IMG/VR virus record: IMGVR_UViG_3300012156_000141
Reading direction: 5' to 3' (one strand)
DNA length: 64,000 nucleotides
Origin: a virus
Positions 49,546-59,863 of the stretch are shown in pieces (position 1 is the stretch's first letter; every line of letters begins with the position of its first letter). A program made the translations under genes and the position numbers. Below the pieces are notes generated by a model. It had not been told where the DNA came from. It saw only the letters and a program-made list of their open reading frames with translations, and made no database searches.

Positions 49546-51291
49546 ATGAATAAAAAAGAGTTAAATGCGAGTTGTATAAATATATTAATGATGTCAGAAG
49601 AGCTTATCTCTGATTACACTGAAGAGAAAACAGAATCACTTAGTAATGCTCGGTTTGAAGAAGAAGAAATCTTCTATGAGCAAAGTTATAATAAGCTTAT
49701 TGATTCTTGTGCAAAAATAAAAAATAATGCTTTGATTTTTTTTCTCTTAAATAAAAATGAAGCAAAGTGTGAGTTAATAGACCCACAAACCTATGAGATA
49801 TCTACAGAATACGGGAAGCACCAAATTGCAGTAAGTCAATTAAAAAGTTTATTGGGCAAAGACTTTAATGCTATAACAAAAAAGATAAAAGGTCAAGAGG
49901 ATAGTGCAAAGAAACAAAAAGAAGAAAAACCAGTAAAACAAGGTGAATCCAGTTGTACTGGAGTTCGAAGCTCGACAAGTCGAGTTTGCATAACACCAAC
50001 TCCAATAGAACAAGGTCCTGTAGATAAACAACAGCCCGAGTCAAAAGAACCTAAGATAGAGAAGTCTAAAGTAATCGAGCCCAAGATAGCAAAGCCTATT
50101 GCAGCTGAGTCAGTTAATCCTAAAAAGAAAAATAACACAAAAAAACAAAAGGAAGATAAAAAACAAAAAGCTGACTTTGATTCTAACACTGTCCCAGACC
50201 TTGATTTTTCGCTTGATTTTATGGATGATGAATTCGAAGATTTATTACTACAGGAAAATGATATTGAGATAGCTATAAAAAAACCGGTTTGGAATCCAAT
50301 CTCTAAACCTGTAAGGAATAAAGAACAACTATTAGAAAATAAAGCAGAAAACCAGATTATTGCAGAGAAAGAGTCAGAGCCAAAGATTCCGAAAGTGATA
50401 GTTCGGGATCCAAAAGAATCAGAGGTTCTAGCTACTAATCATATTTTATTAAAGAAACCTAAAAAAACAGAAATTAGAAATGACGGTGAATCGGAAGAGA
50501 CTAAAGCTGAAAAGGTAAAAGGAATAATGGTTTCTTCTAAAAAAATAAAACAGAACAGCCCGGCAGAAGAAATAGAAGAAGATATTCCCATCATCTCAGA
50601 TAATGATGATAAGCTAACTAATTTCATTCAGCCTCGAACTCCGATGAAATCGGATTTGCCAGCTAATGGATTTACTAATAGCAATATGCAAATCGAAAAT
50701 GCAGATAACATAGTTATTTCAAAACAAGATTTGATTATAGACAATTACCTTATTACCTATATGAATCAGAACAAAGAAAAGGTTAAAACGGTTTCTATAT
50801 TAGTAACACCTTTAAAACTAGATGCTCAGCAGAGTAATGCGATTCCTATAATGGTTATTGCAAAAAGTGGAAGAGAGGTAAAGACTGTTGTTTCTCAGAA
50901 TATAGAAAGACCATCAATTCCCATTACAATTGGTGATGAAACCTTTATTATCAGAGGAAGTTATAATGAATCAGGATTCCAGACATTATTATATTCCAAG
51001 GGTGATAATAATTATGAGACAAAGAAAGAATTACATAAGATTCGCCCTAGAATAATAGAGAACAATAGCCACAATACAAAAGTTGTAGGAGATGATATTA
51101 TTCATATCTTTCCACTTTCGACTAAAAATAATGGAGAGAACTATGTGAAAGTGTTAGTTTGCATAGAAAATAAAAAAAATAAAAGTTTCCAAACAGAATT
51201 AACCTCACATAATAATTTCATGATGGGTAATTATGAAATATCAAATAGTTGGAATGGTGACAAATTAGACACAAAAATAAAAATAAAATGA
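49546..51291 (+). CDS. Hypothetical protein with two ordered regions joined by a long K/E/P-rich linker
   Basis: 581 aa, GGAGG RBS, preceded by CATTATA. Confidence 0.75.
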   Translation: MNKKELNASCINILMMSEELISDYTEEKTESLSNARFEEEEIFYEQSYNKLIDSCAKIKNNALIFFLLNKNEAKCELIDPQTYEISTEYGKHQIAVSQLKSLLGKDFNAITKKIKGQEDSAKKQKEEKPVKQGESSCTGVRSSTSRVCITPTPIEQGPVDKQQPESKEPKIEKSKVIEPKIAKPIAAESVNPKKKNNTKKQKEDKKQKADFDSNTVPDLDFSLDFMDDEFEDLLLQENDIEIAIKKPVWNPISKPVRNKEQLLENKAENQIIAEKESEPKIPKVIVRDPKESEVLATNHILLKKPKKTEIRNDGESEETKAEKVKGIMVSSKKIKQNSPAEEIEEDIPIISDNDDKLTNFIQPRTPMKSDLPANGFTNSNMQIENADNIVISKQDLIIDNYLITYMNQNKEKVKTVSILVTPLKLDAQQSNAIPIMVIAKSGREVKTVVSQNIERPSIPITIGDETFIIRGSYNESGFQTLLYSKGDNNYETKKELHKIRPRIIENNSHNTKVVGDDIIHIFPLSTKNNGENYVKVLVCIENKKNKSFQTELTSHNNFMMGNYEISNSWNGDKLDTKIKIK

Positions 51292-51293
51292 TG

Positions 51294-51322
51294 TTGACAC
51301 AGACTGTGTTCGGGTTTATAAT
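51294..51322 (+). promoter_or_regulatory. Perfect consensus sigmaA promoter upstream of the sigma-factor operon
   Basis: TTGACA (51294-51299), 17-nt spacer, TATAAT (51317-51322). Confidence 0.85.
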
Positions 51323-51431
51323 TAACATCACAAAAGCAAACAGATGTTCGAAAAAATAAATAATCCCACAAGTTAACATTTTGCTTGGATTAAACTATAA
51401 TATATATGCTAATGTTTAGGAGGAATGAAAT

Positions 51432-51650
51432 ATGGAGAATGTTGAAAAGTTATATGAGAACATATCAAATATGATCTTAAAAGAAGATGTTGAACCATCA
51501 GCGTCTCCGATAGAGATGTATAACTACTGGGTACAAAAAAGCGGAGTATGTGTCGATAATTTAGCACTGGCTTCTAGATTACTTGATTTTATCGAAGAGG
51601 CTTTGGTAAATAAAAATATTTTATCAGAATTTTGCAAAGGAGGGAACTAA
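51432..51650 (+). CDS. Small hypothetical protein coupled to the sigma gene
   Basis: AGGAGG RBS. Its stop directly abuts the sigma ATG. Confidence 0.7.
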   Translation: MENVEKLYENISNMILKEDVEPSASPIEMYNYWVQKSGVCVDNLALASRLLDFIEEALVNKNILSEFCKGGN

Positions 51651-52775
51651 ATGCTAGACGAGATTTTTTTACTGGAAGCTATTGAAGATGATGAGGTTGA
51701 TTCATTAGATGATGTCGATGCTGATATAGATGATGATACTGATATTGTTGAGAAAGCAAAAAAGCAGGATGATCTTAGTAAAGAAGAGCGGAGTCAAATT
51801 TTTATTGATATTATGAGTCGATATAATCAGGGCAAACAAATTGCTAAACCTGCAGTAATTACGATTAAAAGTATATTAAAACTTGATGAATCAGCAAAAT
51901 TACCAAATATTATTTGGAAAAAAGAAATAGTCGATGAGATTGACCAAGTCGAATATAAAGAGGCTGTAAGCGAATATAATAGAGGGATGCAAATAACTCT
52001 TGATGCTAAGGCAGAATTGTTAGAGAAACTTGATCATTGGATCTATTATGTAATCAATAAGCACTTCCCTACATTTAAACTTCATACAAAGGATCTTTAT
52101 CAGGAAGGAGTCATTGGAATCCTAAAAGGTATTGATAACTATGATGCAAAAAGAAGTATGCCAACCACCTATTTTTTTTTCTACGTAAGACATGAGATGA
52201 CAGAATATATTAATTCTAATATCAATAAGACAACATCTCATTACTCTACTAGCATCGTAAAAGTTAAAAAAGCAATTAATCATTTTGCTAGAGAAGGTCG
52301 GGAGTGGACAATAACTGATATTGCCCAGGAAACAGGGTTATCGACAGAAACAATTATGCAGGCTGTTAAAATTATGGAATACAGCAAAGAAAAGCACTAT
52401 GATTCGGTTGATTACCTTGACTCTGAAATTAGTCAAAATGTTGCATCACCAGAAATAGAAATCCTTAAAAATGAAGCGAATGAAATCCTATATAATGCGG
52501 TCAGATCTTTACCAGAAGATGAAGCTTCGATTATTGTTCTGAAATATGGAGAGAGTTTATCATATAAAAATATTGCAGAGAAATTAAACATTCCGATTGA
52601 TAAGGTGAAAAAGAAAAAAAACTCTGCAATCAGAAAACTGAGAAAGAATAAAACAATTCATGGTAACTTCAACCTAAATAAAGAGGATAAAGCAATTAAC
52701 TCAAAAGAACTTGGTGTTATCCCAATAAGTGTTGGCGAAAATATTATGGAACAGCTCTTAGCAGAAGAAATATAA
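51651..52775 (+). CDS. RNA polymerase sigma-70 family factor, group 3 (SigB/SigF/SigG-like)
   Basis: Region 2 DLYQEGVIGILKGIDNYD, region 3 TITDIAQETGLS, region 4 LPEDEASIIVLKY..SYKNIAEKL..AIRKLR, acidic N-terminus. Confidence 0.9.
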   Translation: MLDEIFLLEAIEDDEVDSLDDVDADIDDDTDIVEKAKKQDDLSKEERSQIFIDIMSRYNQGKQIAKPAVITIKSILKLDESAKLPNIIWKKEIVDEIDQVEYKEAVSEYNRGMQITLDAKAELLEKLDHWIYYVINKHFPTFKLHTKDLYQEGVIGILKGIDNYDAKRSMPTTYFFFYVRHEMTEYINSNINKTTSHYSTSIVKVKKAINHFAREGREWTITDIAQETGLSTETIMQAVKIMEYSKEKHYDSVDYLDSEISQNVASPEIEILKNEANEILYNAVRSLPEDEASIIVLKYGESLSYKNIAEKLNIPIDKVKKKKNSAIRKLRKNKTIHGNFNLNKEDKAINSKELGVIPISVGENIMEQLLAEEI

Positions 52776-52936
52776 GTGAACTACCTACCACTTAAATACT
52801 GACGGCTTTTGAAGTGGATGCAAATCCGTCTTTGACGGCGTTCAACCATATCACTGACGTGGTTGCTTCTGAAAGGGAGCCTGTTTACCAGACTAAGCTA
52901 CAGAAATCTCACCGCTTAAGGAGGTGGAGTATTCTT
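52776..52936 (+). mobile_element. Non-autonomous IS200/IS605 derivative with an IscB/HEARO-type omegaRNA 5' part
   Basis: Starts GTGAACTACC. Four internal hairpins, then GTTTACCAGACTAAGC (52883-52898), then a terminal hairpin CTCACC..GGTGGAGTATTCT. Confidence 0.6.
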
Positions 52937-52990
52937 TAAAATGATAAAAAACAGGCATCTCACTTAGTGATATGTCTGTTTTTATTACGA

Positions 52991-53257
52991 TCACAATAAG
53001 TTCTCGCTATAATATGAATCTAAATGCTTAATAAACGCATGGTCTGATGAAAAACCAGCATCTATTAGTTTTTTTTGCAAAATGTCATTTTTAATGATTT
53101 TATTATTGACTGGGATTTTATAGTAATGAGACTGAATCCCATCAGCATTATTGGTTATTACTAATCCACCCTTTCTGAATATAAAAAAGGCAATATCATT
53201 AATATCATCAAAACCATGTAGTTCAATTTCAGTTTTTCCTACTGATAAAATGTTCAT
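52991..53257 (-). CDS. Hypothetical protein
   Basis: Likely start at 53257 after AAGGAG. The ORF track extends further upstream. Confidence 0.55.
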   Translation of the reverse strand: MNILSVGKTEIELHGFDDINDIAFFIFRKGGLVITNNADGIQSHYYKIPVNNKIIKNDILQKKLIDAGFSSDHAFIKHLDSYYSENLL

Positions 53258-53460
53258 ATTAATCTCCTTAGTGAAAATTGATTTATTCACATATATATCC
53301 ACAATATATTGTGTATAACTACATATATATAATAGTCCATTAAATCGGATTTGACAACATTTCTTAAAAAATTTTTCAAAAATCAATCCAAAAACCATTT
53401 TTTTTAATTTATCATCTAACATATTCATTATGAAAACTAAAATATAAGGAGAATTTAATT

Positions 53461-54099
53461 ATGGAAATGTTAGAGAAACAAGATTTAAATCAAATTGTAC
53501 TACAGGGTCCCATTGTAAGAAAGTTCGCAAATGAGGTAGCTACAAATTTTACAATCAAGACACCAAGACTTAATATGCCAAACAAAGCAAATGATAATGA
53601 TATTTGCTATAATTACCCAGAGGTATCATTTTATGGTAATAAATTAGTTGATGATACCTACAAAGAGGGTGATGTAGTTAAAATTGAAGGCATGATCCAA
53701 ACTAAAAGAAAAAAAGCAAAAGATACGGGTAGGGATTATTATGATCAACAAATAGTTGGTTTATCCATTGAAGAAGCAAAAGGTGAACTGCAATTTTTTG
53801 GTCATCAAGGCGGAAGTCCCGAAGACTCTTTGAATAAGGTTTATTTAAAGGGAACTATTTCTAAAATCGTGATTCCTGCAAAAGGTGTATTAACTATCAA
53901 TGTACGTGCTTTTGATAACGGCCGAGTAAATAATATTCAGACATTCCTGTACGAAAGAAATGTGGAGAAATACGTTGAAAACTTTAATGTTGGTGATCGT
54001 ATTTGTGCTGTGGGCAGAATCCAGACACCAACAAAGGAAACTGATGAGGGAAAACGATATTATAGAAATATTGTGTTGAGTTCAATTTGTAAGGAATAA
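53461..54099 (+). CDS. Tandem-OB-fold SSB-like protein
   Basis: Two repeats: LNQIVLQG..VKIEGMIQT and LNKVYLKG..ICAVGRIQT. Confidence 0.8.
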   Translation: MEMLEKQDLNQIVLQGPIVRKFANEVATNFTIKTPRLNMPNKANDNDICYNYPEVSFYGNKLVDDTYKEGDVVKIEGMIQTKRKKAKDTGRDYYDQQIVGLSIEEAKGELQFFGHQGGSPEDSLNKVYLKGTISKIVIPAKGVLTINVRAFDNGRVNNIQTFLYERNVEKYVENFNVGDRICAVGRIQTPTKETDEGKRYYRNIVLSSICKE

Positions 54100-54115
54100 G
54101 AAAGATCGGTTTAAT

Positions 54116-54595
54116 ATGCCCAAAAAAATAATATCTGAAGATAAAAAGAACATTTTCATTAAAGCTTGTGAAGATATAGATCCGTTAAAGGTTCTGCCTG
54201 AAAAACTATTAAGAGCAAGGCAACTAACTGAAATGCTATCGAGAGATGAGATTGAGGCAACTATGTTATATAAGTGTGGATGCCCTTGTGAATGGGTTAA
54301 ATCATCTTATAAATATTGTGATAAAAACGATACTAAAACTAGAAAACCTCGGTATAGTAATGATTGTACTCGCTGTTGGGTAGATAATATAACAGAAGAC
54401 GTTACGGAAACAGATTATTTGGAATCGAAACAAGAGTTATTAAGTAAATTAAACAACTTTGAAAAATTCAGATTGACCTCAGAACAATTAGAACAAATAT
54501 TATCAATTCTTGATTGGGATAAAACCTATGATTTTGATAAATTTGTTCTAAAAATAAAAAAAATAAAATCCCAATATTCAGAAAAAGATGAGTGA
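54116..54595 (+). CDS. Hypothetical Cys-rich protein
   Basis: CGCPC..C..CTRC pattern, followed by a terminator. Confidence 0.65.
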   Translation: MPKKIISEDKKNIFIKACEDIDPLKVLPEKLLRARQLTEMLSRDEIEATMLYKCGCPCEWVKSSYKYCDKNDTKTRKPRYSNDCTRCWVDNITEDVTETDYLESKQELLSKLNNFEKFRLTSEQLEQILSILDWDKTYDFDKFVLKIKKIKSQYSEKDE

Positions 54596-54667
54596 GAGTT
54601 CTCACTCTTTTTATTTTGTTTTTTTTTACACCATTATATACACAAATACAGATATAAGGAGGTTTAA

Positions 54668-57600
54668 ATGAAAAAAAGACTAAAATCAATTCTGCACTGT
54701 CATAGTGAAAACTCAAGATATGACTCCACAATGAGTGTTAAAGATATGTGCAATAAAGCTAAAGAATTAGGCTATGAGGCTTTAACTTTAACAGATCATG
54801 GTACTTTAACTGCAATTGATGATTTTGTCTCAGCAGCTAAGGACGTTGGGATTAGGCCAATTCCTGGAGTAGAAGTTTATATGCAGGATAACAGCAATGT
54901 ACTAGATAGTCGTTTCCATTTAGTTTTGTTGGCAGTCGATGATTTGGGATATCAATGTATCACAAAAATCGTCTCTGAATCTAACAGACATATTGATGAG
55001 AAAGGATATCCAAGAGTAACTAAAGAAATCCTGGAAAAATATTGTGCAAAAAAACCATATCATGGACACATTATTGCAACCAGTGCTTGTGTTGGTGGTG
55101 TCTTGGCCGGAATTTTAATCAGTCCGTTATCACTTGACAAAGAAATATCGAAACTTAAAAAGAAGCAGAGTAAATATGAGGATCCAAGTTCAGAAGAACA
55201 TAAAAAAAATCTAAAGGCTTTTGCCGATAAGATTGAAAAACTGGAAGAACAGAAAAAGATTAAAAATGAGCTAAAGGCTCTTTCCAAAAAACCATATAAA
55301 AAGAAAGAAAAAGCTGTTGAAAAATTAAAAGGTACTGAAGAATATGAAGAAGCCTTAGCAAAGTTAGAAGCTGAAAAAGCAGAGTCAGAAGCCGCAAAAG
55401 AAAGGCTTGAGGATATTAATGTTTCAATAGCAGTACTACAAAGAGACAAAACAAGTATTAATGGCAGAATCAAAGATAGTGAAAAAAGCCATAATAGATT
55501 TAATGAATTTCAATCTAAAATTGATGAAATTGAGTCAAGTAAATTACCATTTGATAAGTTATATGAAATGGCAAAGGAAGAAGCTTTATACTACGATGAA
55601 TTGTTTGGACACAATAACTTTTATATCGAAATCCAGTATCATGGTTACCTAGGCGATAATGGAGAACCTATTGAAGAAGCATCCTTTAAGCATTTAGCTA
55701 AAATGGCACAAGAACTCAACATCCCTATCGCTGCTGGTCAAGACGCACATATGGTTGATAGCAGCAAAGAATCAATTAGAGCAAGACAGATTATTCGTTC
55801 TCTCCCATATGCTAAAAACTCATTTGTATTTTCAGTAAGTGAGGGAGATAAACAGCTGCATCTAAAAGATGAGCATGACTTTAAAAAAGCTTTATCGTAT
55901 GTACTGACTGAATCTGAAGTTGAAACAGCCATCCAAAATACTTATGAGATTTGTAGCCGTTGTGAGTGTTCTTTCGAGTATGGAACACATTATCCAAAGT
56001 ATACACAACTGCCACTGGGAGAAACAGCTGATTCGTTATTAAGAAAAATGGCCTATGAAAAAATCAATTCCAGATATCCGGAAAGTGAGATGTGGACAGC
56101 GGTTCATAAAGAACGTTTGGAATATGAGTTGAGTGTGATTGCTCAGATGGGTTATTCTGATTACTTTCTGATCGTACAAGACTTCTTGAATTTTGGAAGA
56201 AAGTTAGGATATTTAACAAAGGAAAATGTAAAGTATTTGACACAAAATATTAAATCCTTGACCTTAAAGGAATTTGTAGATTTTGTTGACGCTCATAATG
56301 AAGTCCCTGGCTTTGTCATTGGCCCTGGCCGTGGATCCGCTGCGGGAAGTATTGTAGCATACTTAGTTGGAATTACCGATATTGACCCAATCAAATATGA
56401 TTTGCTGTTCGAACGCTTCTTAAACAAAGACAGGGTTAGCATGCCAGATATCGATTCTGATTTCGGTCGTGAAATTAGAGATTTAGTGGTTGAATACTGC
56501 AAGATGCTATATGGTGTTGAAACAGTAGCTAATATTGTAACCAAGGGCTACATTGCACCCAGAGGAGCTATAAGGAATGCTGGTAGAATTATTGGTGTGG
56601 AAAAAGAACAGCAAGATTATTATAAAGTCTTAAACGATAGAATTGCTAAAATGGTTCCAAATGAAGTAGGAATTAATTTTGCTAAGTGCGAGGAGCTGTT
56701 AAGACAACCTTTTATTCCGGATGAACGAGATGATTCGAAAAGCAAAAAGTGGAAATCTAATGCAAATGAGTTAATTGATCAAGCTAAGATGATTGAAGGT
56801 GCTTTCCTAAATTATGGAATGCATGCAGCTGGTGTTATTATTGCGGATGGAAATCCTATCGATGATTATGTTCCTCTGATGCTTGATGAAAAATCAGGAG
56901 ATATGAAGGTTCAGTGTGATATGGTTCAAGCTGAAGAAACTCATGGACTTTTAAAATTTGACTTTTTAGGATTAAGAACCCTTGATATTATCACAGAAGC
57001 TATAAGAACTATTTATAAAAATACTGGCAGGATTATCGATGTTCTAAAAATACCTTTTGATTCCAAGGTATTTAAGTATATTTTTGCTACCGGCAAAACC
57101 GGATGCGTATTCCAGTTTGAGTCAGCAGGAATGAGACAAATGCTAAGAGAGTCAAGACCAGATAATTTCGAGGATTTAATTGCTCTTGTATCTTTATATA
57201 GGCCTGGTCCAATGGACTATATTCCACTGTACATTGATAACAAGACTCATCCTGAAAGCATCGTATATTTATGCCCGGAACTTAAGCCAATTCTAAAAAA
57301 AACATATGGTGTAATTGTATACCAAGAACAGGTTATGGAAATTTTCCAAAAACTGGCCGGATACAGCTTGTCACAAGCTGATAATGTAAGAAGGTTTATG
57401 TCTAAAAAGAAGATGGATAAACTGGTACATGAAAGAGAATCCTTTATCGATGGAGATTTCGAACGAGCTATTGACGGATGCCTAAAAAGAGGGATTTCTC
57501 TTGAAGTTGCAAATGAAATTTTCGATCAGATGGTTGAATTTGCAAAGTATGCCTTCAACAAGTCACATGCAGCAGCTTATTCTTTGGTCGCATATATTAC

Positions 57601-58789
57601 GGCTTATTTAAAATATTACTATCCAGTTGAATATATGTGTGAAGCCTTAAACTTTATAGAAAAGATTGCCGATATTCCATCAGCACTAAATGACTGCCGT
57701 GAAATGAATGTTGTTGTTCTTCCACCGGAAATAAACAAGTCTGAGTTCGGTTTTAGTACTTATAATGGGCAAATCTTATTTGGACTTGACTCAATCAAAG
57801 ATACAAAAGGAGCTTGTGTCCAGAGAATTTTGGATGAAAGAGAAGCAAAAGGTGAGTTCCTGTCATTTAAGAGTTTGCTGCTAAAAAATGTAATAGATAA
57901 ATCAACTTGTGAAGCAATGATTAAAGCTGGTGCAATGGATGAATTTAATAAAAATCGTATGGCCCTTGCTAACTATTACAGTGAGGTATCAGATTTAGTT
58001 GGTAGTATTGCAAAGAAGAAGAAAGATATTGAAACAATATCATTAGAACTAGAAGAAAACCCTAAAGATGAAAAGATAGAAAAACGCTTAATGACTGCTA
58101 ATAATGCTTTGAATCTACTATATGAACAGTTATCTGTGATAAGGATTGTAAACTGTCCAGAAGATCATGATCAAAGAATGAAAAACGAGAAAGATGTCTT
58201 GGGTTTTTTTGTTTCTGCACATCCGATGGACAGCTATCGGGAACCTGAATCTATGGGCTGTGTTAGCATTCATGATTTAAGTGATAACGGAAAAGAAGTC
58301 AGCATTATTGGATTAATCGAATCGGTAAAAAACACAGTTACCAAAAAAGATCAAAAGCCAATGGCAGTTTTCCAACTCGAAGACAAAACCGGAAGCATAG
58401 ACGTTTGTTGTTTTCCGAAAAGTTATGCAAAGTGTGGCGAGATGATACAAGAGGATGCTGTTGTTAAAATGGCGGGTTATGTACATTCCGAAGAGGTTAT
58501 ATCTAACTCTGATGATGAAGATGATGAAAAAGTCAATATCCGGTTGCAGTTCTATGTAAATAGGATAGAGACAATAAAGCCGGATCTATCCAGTATTAAG
58601 ATTGAAGTACCAAGTATGTTGGAGTGGAATGATACGCTAAAACGTTTAAAAGAAAAAAAACTGGTATGCAAAGAAGGCCATCCGCTTGTTATATTGGATA
58701 AATTAACTGGCGAATTCAGAAGCACATATTGTTATATAAAAGAGGCTGTTTTACTTGATAAGCAATTTGTAACAGCAATAAGCAACTAA
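54668..58789 (+). CDS. dnaE: DNA polymerase III alpha subunit (C family)
   Basis: PHP motifs HCHSENS and TDHG, GPGRGSAAGS, FERFLN..SMPDIDSDF, KFDFLGL, YAFNKSHAAAY, C-terminal OB fold. Confidence 0.97.
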   Translation: MKKRLKSILHCHSENSRYDSTMSVKDMCNKAKELGYEALTLTDHGTLTAIDDFVSAAKDVGIRPIPGVEVYMQDNSNVLDSRFHLVLLAVDDLGYQCITKIVSESNRHIDEKGYPRVTKEILEKYCAKKPYHGHIIATSACVGGVLAGILISPLSLDKEISKLKKKQSKYEDPSSEEHKKNLKAFADKIEKLEEQKKIKNELKALSKKPYKKKEKAVEKLKGTEEYEEALAKLEAEKAESEAAKERLEDINVSIAVLQRDKTSINGRIKDSEKSHNRFNEFQSKIDEIESSKLPFDKLYEMAKEEALYYDELFGHNNFYIEIQYHGYLGDNGEPIEEASFKHLAKMAQELNIPIAAGQDAHMVDSSKESIRARQIIRSLPYAKNSFVFSVSEGDKQLHLKDEHDFKKALSYVLTESEVETAIQNTYEICSRCECSFEYGTHYPKYTQLPLGETADSLLRKMAYEKINSRYPESEMWTAVHKERLEYELSVIAQMGYSDYFLIVQDFLNFGRKLGYLTKENVKYLTQNIKSLTLKEFVDFVDAHNEVPGFVIGPGRGSAAGSIVAYLVGITDIDPIKYDLLFERFLNKDRVSMPDIDSDFGREIRDLVVEYCKMLYGVETVANIVTKGYIAPRGAIRNAGRIIGVEKEQQDYYKVLNDRIAKMVPNEVGINFAKCEELLRQPFIPDERDDSKSKKWKSNANELIDQAKMIEGAFLNYGMHAAGVIIADGNPIDDYVPLMLDEKSGDMKVQCDMVQAEETHGLLKFDFLGLRTLDIITEAIRTIYKNTGRIIDVLKIPFDSKVFKYIFATGKTGCVFQFESAGMRQMLRESRPDNFEDLIALVSLYRPGPMDYIPLYIDNKTHPESIVYLCPELKPILKKTYGVIVYQEQVMEIFQKLAGYSLSQADNVRRFMSKKKMDKLVHERESFIDGDFERAIDGCLKRGISLEVANEIFDQMVEFAKYAFNKSHAAAYSLVAYITAYLKYYYPVEYMCEALNFIEKIADIPSALNDCREMNVVVLPPEINKSEFGFSTYNGQILFGLDSIKDTKGACVQRILDEREAKGEFLSFKSLLLKNVIDKSTCEAMIKAGAMDEFNKNRMALANYYSEVSDLVGSIAKKKKDIETISLELEENPKDEKIEKRLMTANNALNLLYEQLSVIRIVNCPEDHDQRMKNEKDVLGFFVSAHPMDSYREPESMGCVSIHDLSDNGKEVSIIGLIESVKNTVTKKDQKPMAVFQLEDKTGSIDVCCFPKSYAKCGEMIQEDAVVKMAGYVHSEEVISNSDDEDDEKVNIRLQFYVNRIETIKPDLSSIKIEVPSMLEWNDTLKRLKEKKLVCKEGHPLVILDKLTGEFRSTYCYIKEAVLLDKQFVTAISN

Positions 58790-58815
58790 AAGAGGGCGAT
58801 AACCCTCTTTTTTTT
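58787..58815 (+). terminator. Intrinsic terminator
   Basis: AAAAGAGGG-CGATAA-CCCTCTTTT. Confidence 0.8.
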
Positions 58816-58942
58816 AACCTTATGTGCCATTTCATTGGAATCTGACATTATATTATAGAAAAATTAATAGAACAAAGCCATAAAAATGAAAAATTTGAAG
58901 ATGATATTACATATTTTCATTAGAAGGAAAAGGAGGTCTATT

Positions 58943-59776
58943 ATGGCAAGACACAATTATGTATTTTTATATGGTCGGGTGACAAAAAATCCCAAGATCA
59001 TTACAGATGCAGAGGGAAATTATTTAAGAGGAACAGCAATCTTAACTACAATTAGAGGCGACCGTAGTGTAGATGATGACACTCTTAGTAATATCCAGTA
59101 TGACTGTCCAGTTATTTTAACTAAGAATCAAGATCTTATTCATGAAATGGCTACTTGGCATGAAAATGATATGGTCGAAATCAAAGGGACTATTAGTACA
59201 AGAAACATAACAAGAACCACTGTGTGTAAACATTGTGCACATCAAAACTCAAAAGCGGGTGTATTGCTCTATATCACACCAATTTATTTATCTGCAGTTG
59301 AACGAGACTTAATTGAGGAGCAGTGCTTTGAACTATTAAAAAAGAAAGCTGAAATTTCTAATCAGTGTATTGTCGCTGGGAATGTATGTAACGAACCACA
59401 ATTTTACCGACACGCGAATGGACTATGTCAAACTCAATACCAAATAGCATTAAATCGAAAATTCAGAGTTAAAGAAGACCCTCCAGAACTTAAAACAGAT
59501 TTTCCCTGGATTAAATCTCAAGGAGAAGCTGCAGAAAGTGATGTGAAGTTCCTTGTAAAAGGCTCGTCTGTTTTAGTCGATGGAATGATTCAAACCAGGA
59601 AGTTTGTTCAGAAAACCGTTTGTGAAGAATGTGGCCAAGAATATGAGTATAAGGATGATGCAATGGAAATTGTTCCACATTGCACCGAGTACTTACTAAA
59701 CTGTAGAACTTCAGAAGAAATAGAAGAAATGGAAAATGACTCAACTGATGAAATTTTCCAACGATTATTTGGATAA
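58943..59776 (+). CDS. Tandem-OB SSB-like protein with CxxC inserts
   Basis: HNYVFLYGRV..VEIKGTISTR..CKHC and NQCIVAGNV..VLVDGMIQTR..CEECG. Confidence 0.8.
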   Translation: MARHNYVFLYGRVTKNPKIITDAEGNYLRGTAILTTIRGDRSVDDDTLSNIQYDCPVILTKNQDLIHEMATWHENDMVEIKGTISTRNITRTTVCKHCAHQNSKAGVLLYITPIYLSAVERDLIEEQCFELLKKKAEISNQCIVAGNVCNEPQFYRHANGLCQTQYQIALNRKFRVKEDPPELKTDFPWIKSQGEAAESDVKFLVKGSSVLVDGMIQTRKFVQKTVCEECGQEYEYKDDAMEIVPHCTEYLLNCRTSEEIEEMENDSTDEIFQRLFG

Positions 59777-59863
59777 ATAATAAAAAAGGGAGTAATCCCT
59801 TTTTTATTTTGCATTTTTATTTTGCATTATATCTTTGAAGTGAGTTGATAAAGGGAGGAATAT

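Noticed and set aside
53290-53305. ATATCCACA, a DnaA-box-like 9-mer in an AT-rich intergenic region
   Set aside because: A single imperfect box with no cluster or unwinding repeats is not enough to call an origin.
54468-54731. Minus-strand 87-aa ORF across the intergenic region before dnaE
   Set aside because: It overlaps two real genes, a terminator and a promoter motif, and is low-complexity.
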